From NCBI RefSeq assembly GCF_000400465.1, contig NW_008806280.1:30001-62000 (forward strand): a stretch of DNA of 32,000 nucleotides, in the 5' to 3' direction. A model generated the notes under the pieces. The model saw only the letters and a program-made list of their open reading frames with translations, was not told the origin of the DNA and did not search any database. This DNA is from Wallemia ichthyophaga EXF-994. Taxonomy: Eukaryota; Fungi; Basidiomycota. Below, in pieces: positions 20,703 to 32,000 of this stretch. A program made the translations under genes and the position numbers. Position 1 is the stretch's first letter; each line of letters begins with the position of its first letter.

Positions 20703-21662
20703 CTACTTTACTTGTGCCCTTCTCTTTCCAATTTGCGCTTGGAATCCTGATTTGATTGCTGCAACTGATCTACGCGATCCACAAGACTCACATGTCATGA
20801 AGTAGAGTCTATTCTCCTTTGTTAGGTTAGTTTCTGGTGATTTGCATGTCTTGCAAGTGACATATTCAATGATATATCTTCTTAGCACATTCTCAATCTG
20901 CTTCTGTTGAAATCTACCTCTAATAACCAATCTTTGTGATCCATCGACGGAACCAGATGTACCCAACTCCGCAAATAGGAATTGTATCAAATGTTCTGGT
21001 TGTCTGTGCATCTTTTTACAGATATCTGCTATGTTAGCAAATGCTGTCTTCTTATTACCATCTTTAACAACCTGAGGTGGTGCAATGGTGTATCTCTTTG
21101 CACCGGTGACTAAGGCTGGGTTTTGAGAGTGAAGAAGTTTAAAAGTACGTGAAAGGAGTTCTTTGTACGTGTAGTCTCTTTCAGTACCCAACCAAGGTTC
21201 ACCATTGTCATTTGATGATTCTGAGAGTGGGTCTAAACCATTTCCAGCGGTATCACCAGCTGTTTCACCACTCTCACCTTGGATCTGGGCATTTGAAGAG
21301 CTTCCTTGGTCTAATTCCTTATCGAAAGCATCCAAATCAAAAGCTTTCTTCTTGCTGCTGCTCTTCTTTTTCTTTTTCAAGTCTGAGAATTCATCTGGTT
21401 GATCTTCTTCTTGAACTGGGGAATGCTCTGGCTGCTCAGATTTCTCAGATATCTCACCCTTTTCACTCTTATCAGACTTCTTTTTAGATTTCTTTTTTAA
21501 TCCAGAGAATAAATCTGATTCTTCTGCACCTTCTGGGGTGTCTGCTTGTCCAGCCTGAGCGTCTAAATCATCAAAATTTACAGCTTTCTTTTTCTTCTTC
21601 TTCAAAGCTGGATCAATTGAAAGATCTTGGTCTTGTTTGGTTGGAACGTGTGCGTCTGTCAT
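20703..21662 (-). CDS. SUI3: Translation initiation factor eIF2 beta
   Basis: Three poly-Lys boxes, [45 protein letters not shown] and the C2C2 finger [15 protein letters not shown]. Confidence 0.97.
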   Translation of the reverse strand: MTDAHVPTKQDQDLSIDPALKKKKKKAVNFDDLDAQAGQADTPEGAEESDLFSGLKKKSKKKSDKSEKGEISEKSEQPEHSPVQEEDQPDEFSDLKKKKKSSSKKKAFDLDAFDKELDQGSSSNAQIQGESGETAGDTAGNGLDPLSESSNDNGEPWLGTERDYTYKELLSRTFKLLHSQNPALVTGAKRYTIAPPQVVKDGNKKTAFANIADICKKMHRQPEHLIQFLFAELGTSGSVDGSQRLVIRGRFQQKQIENVLRRYIIEYVTCKTCKSPETNLTKENRLYFMTCESCGSRRSVAAIKSGFQAQIGKRRAQVK

Positions 21663-21846
21663 GAGGTGGCTTAAAAACAGTGTTGGTCGCTGTGAGCTAA
21701 GGAGGGGAGAACGAATAAATTAATATTAACAAATTACTAGAATTAACCAAAATAACAGTACAAATCAATTTAATTTATTTTCATATTTCCATTTTATCGA
21801 TTTTACAAGTTGGTACAAGTTGTACTCCGACGACGACGACGACACG

Positions 21847-22749
21847 ATGCTTAGAGCGGCAACGACAATCAGACCAGCTTTAAAAACTTCAGTTCAGCCT
21901 GCAATGGCAGCGAGAACCTTCTCTTCCACCTCCCCTGCCGCTGAAACTCTCCGTGAAATTGAGCAACGTCTTAAATCCGTAAAGAACATTGAAAAGATCA
22001 CAAAGTCTATGAAAATGATTGCCTCTACAAAGCTCACAAAGGCTCAAAGGGCTATGAACACTGCCATTCAATACGGCAAGACTAACAGTGAAATATTCGA
22101 CCAATCACAAGTCCAAGCTCCTGAAAACGCAAAGTCTTTATGGATTGTTGTTTCCTCTGACTCTGGTTTGTGTGGTGGTATCCACTCCTCCGTTTCCAAG
22201 TACACAAAGCGTGGTATTATTGAGGAAGGTAGTGAAGAACACCCAATCGTTATCCTTGGTGACAGAGCACGTAACCAACTTCAGCGTTCAAACCCAAGCG
22301 ACGTCAAACTCTCTTTCAACCAAATTGGTAAACAAATTCCAACTTTCACTGACGCTGCTGCCATCGCAGACACTATCCTCACTTCAGACATTGAATTTGA
22401 TCAAGTAAACCTCGTCTACAACCAATACACTTCTCAAATTGGTTACGACGCTAACACCATCAAAGCCTACACTGAGAAAATTCTCAGTCAATCTCAAGGT
22501 TTCAAGTCTTATGAGCAAGAAGAGGAGGCAACCAAAGACCTCGCTCAATTCTCATTCGCCAACGCTATCTACGCTGCACTCGTTGAAGGTCACGCCTCTG
22601 AAATCAACGCCCGTAGAAACGCAATGGACAACGCCTCAAAGAACGCAGGTGAAATGATCAACAACCTCAACCTCAAGTACAACCGTGGTCGTCAAGCCCA
22701 AATCACCAACGAGCTTATCGAAGTTATCACTGGTGCTTCTTCACTTTAG
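21847..22749 (+). CDS. ATP3: Mitochondrial ATP synthase F1 gamma subunit
   Basis: Presequence MLRAATTIRPA..RTFS, TLREIEQRLKSVKNIEKITKSMKMIASTKL, SSDSGLCGGIHS and ARRNAMDNASKNA..YNRGRQAQITNELIEVITGA. Confidence 0.97.
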   Translation: MLRAATTIRPALKTSVQPAMAARTFSSTSPAAETLREIEQRLKSVKNIEKITKSMKMIASTKLTKAQRAMNTAIQYGKTNSEIFDQSQVQAPENAKSLWIVVSSDSGLCGGIHSSVSKYTKRGIIEEGSEEHPIVILGDRARNQLQRSNPSDVKLSFNQIGKQIPTFTDAAAIADTILTSDIEFDQVNLVYNQYTSQIGYDANTIKAYTEKILSQSQGFKSYEQEEEATKDLAQFSFANAIYAALVEGHASEINARRNAMDNASKNAGEMINNLNLKYNRGRQAQITNELIEVITGASSL

Positions 22750-22983
22750 ACTTGATCACTTTATAGTACTTGTAGAGCGTGTCTATCTAAAATATCTTTC
22801 TTCAAATGAATTTAAACTAAATTTCAAATTAAATGGGATTGATTGAAAATTGGCATTTCATTGGCATAACCACGCTGTCTTCCCTCTTACCCACCCAAAT
22901 ACAAAATTCTTATACGCACAGCGTTACGAGCAGCGAGCATAAGAAGAAGAATTTCAATACCACCAATTAGATTTATAGGCAGA

Positions 22984-25236
22984 ATGAATCACCCAGAGCA
23001 ATCCAATAACTTGGAAGCACAAGTGCAAGCGCAACCACAGCCACAAGCAAACACCCAAAAACAATCTAAAAAGGATAAAAAGGCTTCAAATACCTCAAAG
23101 AATCCTATTGAAATGACCCCTCCTCCTGCTTACCTCAAAGAGCGTCTCGATATCTGGGACAGGCTTAAAGAAGCTGCAGACGCTGAATTAGCTTCAAAGC
23201 CAAGAGGCCCTATCACTATTACTCTTCCAGATGGCAAGCAGCAGCAAGGAACTTCATATGAAACAACTCCAATGGAACTCGTTAAAGCTATTGCTTCCTC
23301 ACTTGCAGATAGAACCGTTATTTCTAAGGTGAACGGTGCTCTCTGGGATCTAGAAAGACCTTTCGAACAAGACAGCAACGTTGAATTTTTAGATTTCAAC
23401 ACAGAGGAAGGTCAACAAGTTTTCTGGCACTCCTCAGCTCACGTTCTCGGTGAGGCTTGTGAGAGGCACTATGGCAGTCACTTAGCTGTCGGTCCTCCAA
23501 CTGACGACGGTTTCTTCTACGAAATGGCCATCCAAGACCGTATGGTGTATCAGGAGGACTACCAGCCACTTGAGCAAATTGCAAATAGCGCAATCAAGGA
23601 GAAACAGCCATTTGAAAGACTTATGGTATCTAAGGAGAAGCTCTTGGAGTTGTTTGCTTACAACAAGTACAAGCAGTACATCATCTCTTCAAAAATCCCT
23701 GACGGCACCTCCACTACCGTCTACAGATGCGGTCCAATGATCGATTTGTGTAGAGGTCCACACATCCCCCACACTGGAAAGATCAAAGCTTTCAATGTCA
23801 ACAAGCACTCTGCGTCTTACTTCCTCGGTGATGCTAAGAATGACTCGTTGCAGCGTGTCTATGGTATCGCCTTCCCTGACAAAAAGCAGATGGTTGAATA
23901 CAAGCACTTTATAGCTGAAGCTTCAAAGCGTGACCACAGAAAGATTGGCAAAGAACAAGAACTTTTCTTCTTCCATGAACTATCTCCAGGTAGTTGCTTC
24001 TTCTTGCCAAATGGTACGAGAATCTACAACACCCTGCTCGACTTTTTGAAAAAGGAGTACCATGCGCGCGGATACCAAGAAGTTATCACCCCCAACATGT
24101 TCAACACCAAGGTTTGGGAGACTTCCGGTCACTGGCAGAACTATGCCGAAAACATGTTTTCATTAGACATTGAAAAGGAGAAGTTCGCATTGAAGCCTAT
24201 GAACTGTCCAGGTCATTGTTTATTATTCGACATGCGCGACCGTTCTTACAAAGAACTACCGTTCCGCGTTGCGGACTTTGGTGTCCTCCACCGCAACGAG
24301 GCGTCTGGCGCGTTGACTGGGTTGACTAGGGTGAGAAGATTCCAGCAAGACGATGCGCATATATTCTGTCGCAAGGATCAAATAGAGAATGAGTTCTCCG
24401 ATCTGTTCGATTTCCTCGAGAAAGTCTATGGGATTTGTGGGTTCGACTTCAAGTTGAAATTGTCCACTAGACCCGAGAAGTATCTCGGTAAGGTAGAGGA
24501 CTGGGATCAGGCCGAAAAGAACCTCTCCAACGCACTTGAGAAGTTTGTACCTGGTAAATGGGAACTCAACCCTGGCGATGGAGCATTCTACGGTCCAAAG
24601 ATCGATATTACGATCAGTGATGCACTCAGACGTAACCACCAGTGTGCTACTATCCAACTAGACTTCCAACTCCCAGAGAGATTCAAGCTGCGGTACCGCA
24701 CCGGCAACGACGAAGACTTTATCCAGAACGATGATGGGTCTATTGAGAAGGGCTTTGACAGACCGGTTATTATCCACAGGGCTATTCTCGGCTCGCTAGA
24801 GCGTTTCATAGCGATTGTCACTGAACACTTTGGCGGCAAGTGGTGAGTTGTTGACGGCGTGATGGTGTTCACTACCTCTAACAGTTCCAACAGGCCATTC
24901 TGGCTGTCGCCAAGACAAGCCATCATTATCCCCGTTGCGCACAAGTACGACGACTACGCTCATTCCCTCCAGAAACAGCTGTGGGATAATGAAATTATTT
25001 CCGAGGTGGATGCTGGAGAGAACACGCTGCCCAAGAAGATACGTAATGCTGAAATGGCTCAGCATAACTTCATTTTCGTCGTAGGTCAGGAGGAGGTAGA
25101 CGGCAAGTCGGTCAACGTTCGCAATCGCGATGATGCTGGCTCTAAAGCTAAAACTCCTACTGTGCCTTTCGCCGAGGTGCTCCAGCAGATGGTGCGTCTT
25201 AAGGATGAGAAAAGACTTGAGAATAGGTTGTTTTAG
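22984..25236 (+). CDS. THS1: Threonyl-tRNA synthetase (cytosolic type, TGS + editing + catalytic + anticodon domains); intron 24843..24893
   Basis: [83 protein letters not shown] and [17 protein letters not shown]|WPFWLSPRQ. Confidence 0.97.
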
Positions 25237-25351
25237 GTGGTGGTAGTAGTATTTTAATTTCATTCATTTCATTTCACTTTATACAATTTACACTTGACAA
25301 TTTCAATTTCACTTTCGCTTTCTGCGCTACTGATATTGCTATCAGTCACAC

Positions 25352-25594
25352 TTAAACATTGTTCTGTCGCCCCAGCTGGTCACTGTCGAGGCGTGGGTCC
25401 GCGGCGATATCGTGCGGGTGTTTGTGGTATTTCTTTCCATCACGACCGAGTGCGTCTTCCATGCGCGCGTCCGTGTGGCGATGTCCCGCTGCTTGTCCCT
25501 TGTTTGCGAGGTCATGTTCGAGGGAGTGCATCGCATCGCGAGGTGCCCTGGTCTCATTCAGTGGTGGTCCCTGCTTGATGAGGTCGTCGGCCAT
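25352..25594 (-). CDS. Small hydrophilic hypothetical protein (about 80 aa)
   Basis: ATG in ACAACATGG context and an Asp/His/Arg-rich frame in otherwise unassigned space. No recognisable domain. The start could instead be a further-upstream in-frame ATG. Confidence 0.45.
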   Translation of the reverse strand: MADDLIKQGPPLNETRAPRDAMHSLEHDLANKGQAAGHRHTDARMEDALGRDGKKYHKHPHDIAADPRLDSDQLGRQNNV

Positions 25595-25991
25595 GTTGTG
25601 CTCTGTCGTTGCTGGCTTGCTTACGACTTGCGATGTTTTTTTGAATTTGTTCTGGTCGTTGGTTGTCGTGTGCATCTGCGGTGTTAGATTGGAAGAAACA
25701 GTAAACCAGCGGGCGGAATAGACAAGCCCTCTGTTCTCACGTAACATCATAAATAAACTAACTGACGTAATTAATTGTTCCATCAAATTTTCACCCTTTA
25801 TCATCCATTCATATATCTTAGGCGCTTTGATTGTCCTGTTGTTTTGTATTAGCATATTCGTGAGCCATCTAGCTAAGGTGACTATCCCTCACGCTGAGAC
25901 ATCTGCACACACCACACCTTGAAAAAACCTCGTAAATCTAAATCTAAATGCAAAAGTATAGTACATAATCAGCAATCCGTGTTGAGTTACA

Positions 25992-27664
25992 TTACGCATG
26001 ACGCTTTTCACCAGGCTCCTCAAATGCCTGCTCCCTTCTAAACTCATCCTCTTCTTGTTCGCGTGTGATCTGCTTGCATACCCTAGATCTAGCTCTTAGC
26101 CAGCCACCAAAAACCAACAAAGTGAATGGGATGGAAGACAGTGCGAGCGCAATGAAACCGATTGTCGATGACGCCCATGGGAAAGACAGGTTATCGAACA
26201 TAGCGGTTGCGAAGAAAGGAAAAGTTGCACCAAGAAGATTTCTCAGTAATGCTTGTGCAGCTTGTGCAGATGAACTGTATTGCTCGTATGCGTCACCAAT
26301 GTAGGTGTAGACACCAGCGTAAATAGGGAAAATACCAAAGTTGACACCAATAACTGCAATCATCGATACCCATGGAGTGATCCATGGACGCGCTGTCCAC
26401 CCGAACATGAACTCGAACGCTCCGAATAACACAGCTCCGAGAGCTGCTTGGTATAGACGTGCTTCAGGTGGTGCAATATGCGTGACTGGATCTTTGCTTC
26501 TTTTGTAAAGTGCATTTTGACCAAAGTTGAGAAGCCATGCAAGGAATGCACCGATGAATCCACAAATCAACACGGTCCCGGACTCGCCTGTTGATCAGGT
26601 TAGACAGGGAATTTAAGGTAATCCAAACTAAAAAACCCACCCTGGTTGAAACCGTAGTTGACTTCGTATACATGTGGGGTAGCACCTGTGAAAAGGAAAA
26701 CCATGCCCCAGGCGAAACCAACCCACAGCGCCAAAGCCATAACGATTGGCTCGGTCAAAAGGTAAACAATAGGTCTAGCCAACGACTTTGACATTGCTCC
26801 TTTGAATGAATGTGCGGCATCTGTTTTGATCTTGAGGTCTGTACCATATGTCTTGTTGTAGTTGCGAACTTTCTTGTCGAGAATGACGTCATGGCGTGTT
26901 TCATCGAGGAGGAACATACACAAGAGGAAGACTGCGCCGTTCATCGCCATCTGCATCCAGTAAATGTTAGGCCAGTCGGTTTTGAATGCCAACCAGTTGC
27001 AACACAACGGACCGAGCGCGTTTGCAGTAAAGACGATGAGCGTGAATGTAGCCATGGCAACACCACGACCGTGATCACGATGGAAGAGATCAGTGATAAT
27101 ACCTGCGACGTGAGGACCCTCAATACTTGCAGCCAAACCCTGGAAAAGACGTGTGATGGATAGGGACTCGATGTTAGGAGCGAGCGCTTGCGGAAGGAAG
27201 AGGATAACGATGAGAAGAAGCAGACCGACAATCATTGGCCGTCTACCGTAGGACTCGGATAGAGGAGCGAGGAAAAGAGGTCCGAGACCCAAAGCAGCAT
27301 TGTAGGTGAAACTGGATGTGAGGAAGACGCTGCCGCTGATACCGAACTCTGCTGTGACACCTGCTTTGGCTGCTGAGTTACCTATAGAGAATGTGAGTAT
27401 GTAAAATAACCTCAACATAGCACATGGACCCACCTGAGAAAAATTTAGCTTTGAAGAATAAGCATGAGTGAAGCGTTACCCACCTGTTGCATTGAAGGCA
27501 GAAACAAAGTTGAGAAGAAGTGCCATGATATAACTCTTGGACTTCTTAGGCATTGACCATTCCCAAGGGAGCTCCTGCCCCACAAGCTCCAAGTCGATAG
27601 GCGGAGGATCGTCGTGGTTCTTGACTTCAGACATTTGGTCCTTCTTGAACTTGTCGAAAAGCAT
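25992..27664 (-). CDS. MFS drug:H+ antiporter (DHA1 family); compound intron 27382..27483 and an intron at about 26586..26636
   Basis: P.EWSMPKK, GPLFLAPLSESYGRRP, ITRLFQGLAASI..GIITDLF, ALGPL, DWPNIYW, ETRHDVILDKK, PIVYLLTEPIV, PPEARL, WTARPW and ALLRNLLGATFPFF are characteristic fungal DHA1 motifs. Confidence 0.9.
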
Positions 27665-28387
27665 AACAGCCGATTTAGAAGAGAAGAGTGTAACTGGCGG
27701 TATGAATGCGTGGGGATGACGAACAACCTAAATTTGGAAGGTTGTTTGTGGTGATTGTTCAGTGAAAACTTGTAACCGAGAATATATTTGTCTTTATCAG
27801 TGCCGCTCACGTGGTTATCATTTTTAGCTGGGCCGTACTCCGAGGACCTTGGCGAATAAGAATTTTTGTGTTGATAAATTATTATGTGCAAAAGTAGCAG
27901 TGTTTGACAATAGACAAAGAAATACCAAGACTAATGTTGCCAAGCAGCCAAGCAAACCCAAGCCTTACCCAATTCCATCTACGAAGAATTCGAAGATTTT
28001 CCGGACTTCTGAAATCTCTGATCGAGGTGGCGGCGGAAATCGCGGAGTTGCAGGGGCGTATTCATAGCTTTACATGGTAGGCTTTGAGCAGATTTTATCC
28101 ACCAAGTTCCCTATTACGTGTGCTACCCGCTTAGCCGAAGCGAGGGTATGCGAAGGTGCAGAGAATTGGAGCAACTGTCAGAGGATACAAAAATATCTTC
28201 TATAGCAAATCACATGCTTATTGTAGGATTTTGAGTGCAATAGATTTTACACCGCTTGTTCAGGTCTGTCGGGGGCAGTGAACGTGTACCAGACTGTACG
28301 AGCGTTACATGATCGACTAAGGCCTCAGGTCGATGAGCACTCCCTAAACATCCATCCAATGCCCGTAATATATCTTAGACCTTGACT

Positions 28388-29682
28388 ATGATCACAGCCG
28401 TCGTTTCAACGGCCGTATCTCAGCTATTGGACATAATTCTCAGCGCATATGTCTACAATGGCGAATTTCGGTATCCATTTTTCATCACTTTCACTGAATT
28501 TGCTATCTTGGCAGTATTTGCGAGGATTTACACCTCGATTCGCACGAGTAAATGTGCTGGGCGGGAAGCCAAGAACGACGACACACTCTCAGCCTCTCAA
28601 TATCCTCGAGTGCCCAAAGTTTCGTACCTCTTTACGCTCCTCTTGGCTGTTTCCTGGTTTCTTATGAGGATCTTGTTCAATCTGAGCCACGTCCAGGTCC
28701 GAATCGGGCGGGCATCTGAGGTGGGGGTGATGCTGTCAATAGTATTCTACTAACGTAAAAAGGCTGCCATCCCTTTTTTGCTACTACCCGCATGCTCTTA
28801 TTTTAATTTGATCCACATCGACGCACCGACCGCCGCTGTAAGCAGTACCACGTGAGCATTATTAATTCTAACACCCCTACAGCTTACTATAGCAAGCTCC
28901 TTGACTCTTATTGTTAATGGCGCTGTCAACGCTGAATCTATATCTGCCCCTGCCGTGCTCCTCCAAGTTGCTAGAGTTGTCGTACGTCATTGCCCTTATC
29001 ATCGCGAGGGTGTCTAACGATTCGTTGCAGTCGCAAGCTATATTCTTAACCTGCCTCAATAAAACAATCAAGGACCATCACAGGAATCCTATCTTTGCCC
29101 TCAATGCTTATGCTCCCTATGCTGCACTTATCTCTTTGATTGGCTCGGTGGCTTTCGAGGGTGCGCGTTATCTGCGCTTTCTATTCTGTCCGCTGACACT
29201 CATTACGTATTTTAGGAATTGTCCCCCTCCACGACCTGCCGATAATTGGTTTGGTGATTCTCTTGGAGAATGTGCTCTTCTTCTTAGCCAACCAGATATC
29301 AGTAGCCTTTTTGTTACACGTAAGTTTAGTCCAGTATATTGAAGACATATCTCAAACGACACAGAAATCAAATGTTATTGCCTGGTCTAGCGTTTCTCAT
29401 CTAATTACGGTGAGCTTAGTTTTAATATCGATGTTCGTAACAAAGCAAGCACTGCCGCTTGGACAAGCAGTCGTTACGACCTGCTCAGCCTTCTTATCTA
29501 TGTTGCTCCTCCGCACACAATTTCTGAAGCATGAGAAGGCGACTCCACCAACAACAAAGATTCACCTCCACAATCTTGCACCTCATTTGGACATTTCACA
29601 TGTCACTGGAATCCAACCGCTTAAAACACCACCAAATCTTAGTCGTACAAACAGCTCACAGCGTCTACAACATCCTCAATGA
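28388..29682 (+). CDS. Highly divergent TPT/SLC35-type (DMT fold) membrane transporter, multi-exon; 5' end uncertain
   Basis: FRYPFFITF, alternating hydrophobic segments and FALNAYAPYAALISL..AFEG. About six short GT-AG introns can be placed to keep one frame (e.g. 28697..28762). Family assignment is from residual motifs only. Confidence 0.5.
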
Positions 29683-29761
29683 GGAATAATTGATAACTTG
29701 TATTTTACACTGTATAACAATTTTAATGGACATATGTTTTTTGCTTCGATCGCTTACGCTG

Positions 29762-30927
29762 ATGAGGGAGGATAAGAAGACAGTGACAGCGACGACAGCG
29801 GCAACAGCGGCAACAGCGACGCCAACAGGGTATTGGTACTACGTTGGATTGTATTTGATGTTCAATCTTGCTTTGACGCTGTTCAATAAAGCCGTTCTCG
29901 ATGACTTACCGTATCCATACACGCTCACTGCCGTACACGCTGCATCTAACGTAATTGGGTGTACGATTGCCAGGCTGTATGGACTATACGTGGGTGTCTG
30001 TTTGCAATTTAGACCCGCTGCTCATCCAGCACCTAGACGCCAGCGAAACTCTCAACAACGGAAATTGTGATTTTGATCTTCTTTGTGAGTTGGGGATAGT
30101 TTATAGTGCCCAATCTCAACCGCTGAAAGTCCACGCTGTACACCATCAACATTGCTGTGTCCAATCTGTCACTCAGTCTTGTCACAGTACCTGTTCACCA
30201 GGTGGGCATTTGATTGTTTATCGGGGTTAATCTTACGTTAGCTCAGATTATAAGGTCACTAGGACCTCTCTTCACCATGGCACTAGCTGTGCCTATCCTC
30301 GGATCTAAATTCTCAATACCCAAACTAGTGTCTTTGTTACCAGTAATCGCCGGTATCGCTCTGACGACATATGGCGAGATTAGCTTTACAGCACTCGGTC
30401 TGTTCCTCACATTCGCGGGTACAATCTTAGCAGCTTTCAAGACAGTCGTCACCAACTTGATGCAAACTGGTCAGCGATTCCAAATGCATCCTCTCGACTT
30501 ACTCCATTGGCTGTCTCCATTGGCGTTGGCGCAGTGTATCGCTTATGCCGTCTACACAGGCGAGTACTTTGAAGTATACAAGGATCTCTGGCCGATGCAT
30601 AACGTCTACAAGACTATCTTGGTGATTGCACTAAATGGTGCCCTTGCTTTCGGATTGAATGTTGTATCTTTCGTGTCGAATAAGAAGGTCGGACCACTTA
30701 CCATCTCAGTCGCTGCGAATATCAAGCAGGTACTCACTGTTGTTCTGTCTTTCTTCTTTTTTGAGTTGAGCGTTAGTCAAGTGGGCTTTGTGGGCATAGT
30801 TTTAGCTTTGCTGGGAGGTGTGTGATGATCGTTTCAGGTGGTTTGCTTACTTGATTAACCTCCAACTACAGGTCTTTGGTATGGCAGAGTGGAGTATAAT
30901 GACAAAAAACGCGCATTAACTTTGTAG
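29762..30927 (+). CDS. Triose-phosphate-transporter-family nucleotide-sugar transporter (4 introns)
   Basis: YLMFNLALTLFNKAVL..LPYPYTLTAVH, STLYTINIAVSNLSLSLVTVPVHQ|IIRSLGPLFT, AAFKTVVTN, HPLDLL..LSPLA and NVVSFVSNKKVGPLTISVAANIKQVLT. Substrate cannot be assigned from sequence alone. Confidence 0.85.
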
Positions 30928-30995
30928 ACCGCTTCTTACGCTCATGTACTATTAGTCTGTAGAATACAATAATTTATGTCTATGCTAAGGTGTGG

Positions 30996-31963
30996 CTACT
31001 GTTGAGCCAGCAACCAAGGTCTTTCATTCCAGAAGACGTCTTTGATAATGTCTACGTGCAATGTCTGTATGTCTCCGCGCGTGCCATCTATACCATCCTT
31101 GCGTATTTTTTCAATTCTTTTTTTTTCCTTGTAGGCACCATCCGATGGCACTTGAGGCAGTGAAGGAGGATCGCGCACCAGGACAGAACCTTTCTTGTAC
31201 ATTTCATTCAGCTGATTGTAGTTTATGCCGTAATCTTTGAACAGAATGTCATGCTTTTGAGATGAGACAGTGCCTTTCAACAGATTGTGTGCTTCCCTCT
31301 CTGTCTTCTTACCCTGCTGGACAATAGCCCAGAAGCAGGTGTTGTATAGGTTGTTTATATGTGCTGGGAGCGCTTTTAGTTTGAATATGTCAATAAACGC
31401 GCTTTAAAACCCACTATCGACTTGCCTCCAAGCGAAATAGTCGCGAACGTGTATAGTGAGGGGGTAAGTGATAATTCTACCGTCAAAAATGGGTGGATAA
31501 GCGAGTGGAATACTAAAGTGTCTGCTCCAATTGTACATAAAAGCTGAAGAAAACGCAGAAACAACCTGAGTCACTATCTTTGCTTTACGGCGATCATAGA
31601 TATGTGATTGAGGGCGCAAAAGGAAGCTTTTCGAGTGTGATTGTGAGTTTGGGTGCGAGGATTACTGGCATATTGACCCACCTATATTCATCACTCTCCC
31701 CGAAAGCCAAAATTACATCGTGGAGCTGCTGCATAACGAATTGAGCAGCGTCATTCATGCATTCTAAGGCTCGGCTATCATTTGGTTTCCTGAAATTATG
31801 TATATCGCTGAATCTAATTGCATTTTAGAGCGAATTGGAGTGCAAGATTGCTGTCACACCTGTGGAAGCTGTGACCATCTATTCTCACAACTGAGAAAGT
31901 ACTCGGGATCAATCTGTCGTGTTCCTCGAACTCCCGTACGTATCCGAATCTTGAGTTGGCCAT
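30996..31963 (-). CDS. THG1: tRNA(His) guanylyltransferase Thg1 (multi-exon)
   Basis: MANSRFGYVREFE..VVRIDGHSFHR|FSD.HNFRKPNDSRAL..FGESDEYS|FLLR..YDRRKAKI, PPIFDGRII.YP..VRDYFAWRQVD, NNLYNTCFW and QKHDILF..GINYN....KKGSVL. Confidence 0.95.
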
Positions 31964-32000
31964 GTTGGTTGAAATAAGAAGAACATCCGAGTGGGTTAAC

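Noticed and set aside
21820-21846. TTG-started MYSDDDDDT extension and (GAC)5 repeat before ATP3
   Set aside because: An acidic extension would mask the mitochondrial presequence. It is most likely a 5'-UTR microsatellite.
27990-28050. CGG/TCCGGA motifs and a short GATTT..AAATC inverted repeat upstream of the MFS gene as Zn2Cys6 (PDRE-like) sites
   Set aside because: The motifs are short and do not match a full consensus. They cannot be distinguished from chance without comparative data.

Overview
This is eukaryotic DNA from a very compact fungal genome. Introns are mostly 46-57 nt and many intergenic spacers are under 100 bp. The proteins look basidiomycete-like, and Wallemia is a plausible source, but that is inference only. 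About 25 mostly housekeeping protein-coding genes are packed nearly end to end: ATG7 (3' part), ESS1/PIN1, SUB2, GDP-L-fucose synthase, MEX67, PRP43, SFM1, a ZRG17-like CDF transporter, a WW protein, a divergent UDP-glucose dehydrogenase, EOS1, SAC3, MRX11, RPL30, DST1/TFIIS, MRPL24, SUI3, ATP3, THS1, a small hydrophilic ORF, a DHA1 MFS transporter, two TPT-family nucleotide-sugar transporters and THG1. I found no mobile elements, rRNA, tRNA or CRISPR arrays. The interesting signals are at the RNA level. (1) The oversized RPL30 intron holds a canonical kink-turn, a mutually exclusive competing helix and a stop-generating alternative acceptor, which together suggest an eL30 autoregulatory splicing switch. 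(2) An AUG-less, Arg-rich mitochondrial-presequence-like frame lies upstream of the threonyl-tRNA synthetase. (3) The SUB2 start codon is split by an intron, and the unspliced RNA reads AUG-UGA. (4) The MFS gene has two back-to-back introns with no exon between them. (5) Gene packing is extreme: 8 bp between divergent ATGs and 10 bp between a stop and the next start. All gene models were spliced by hand, without alignment tools or RNA data.
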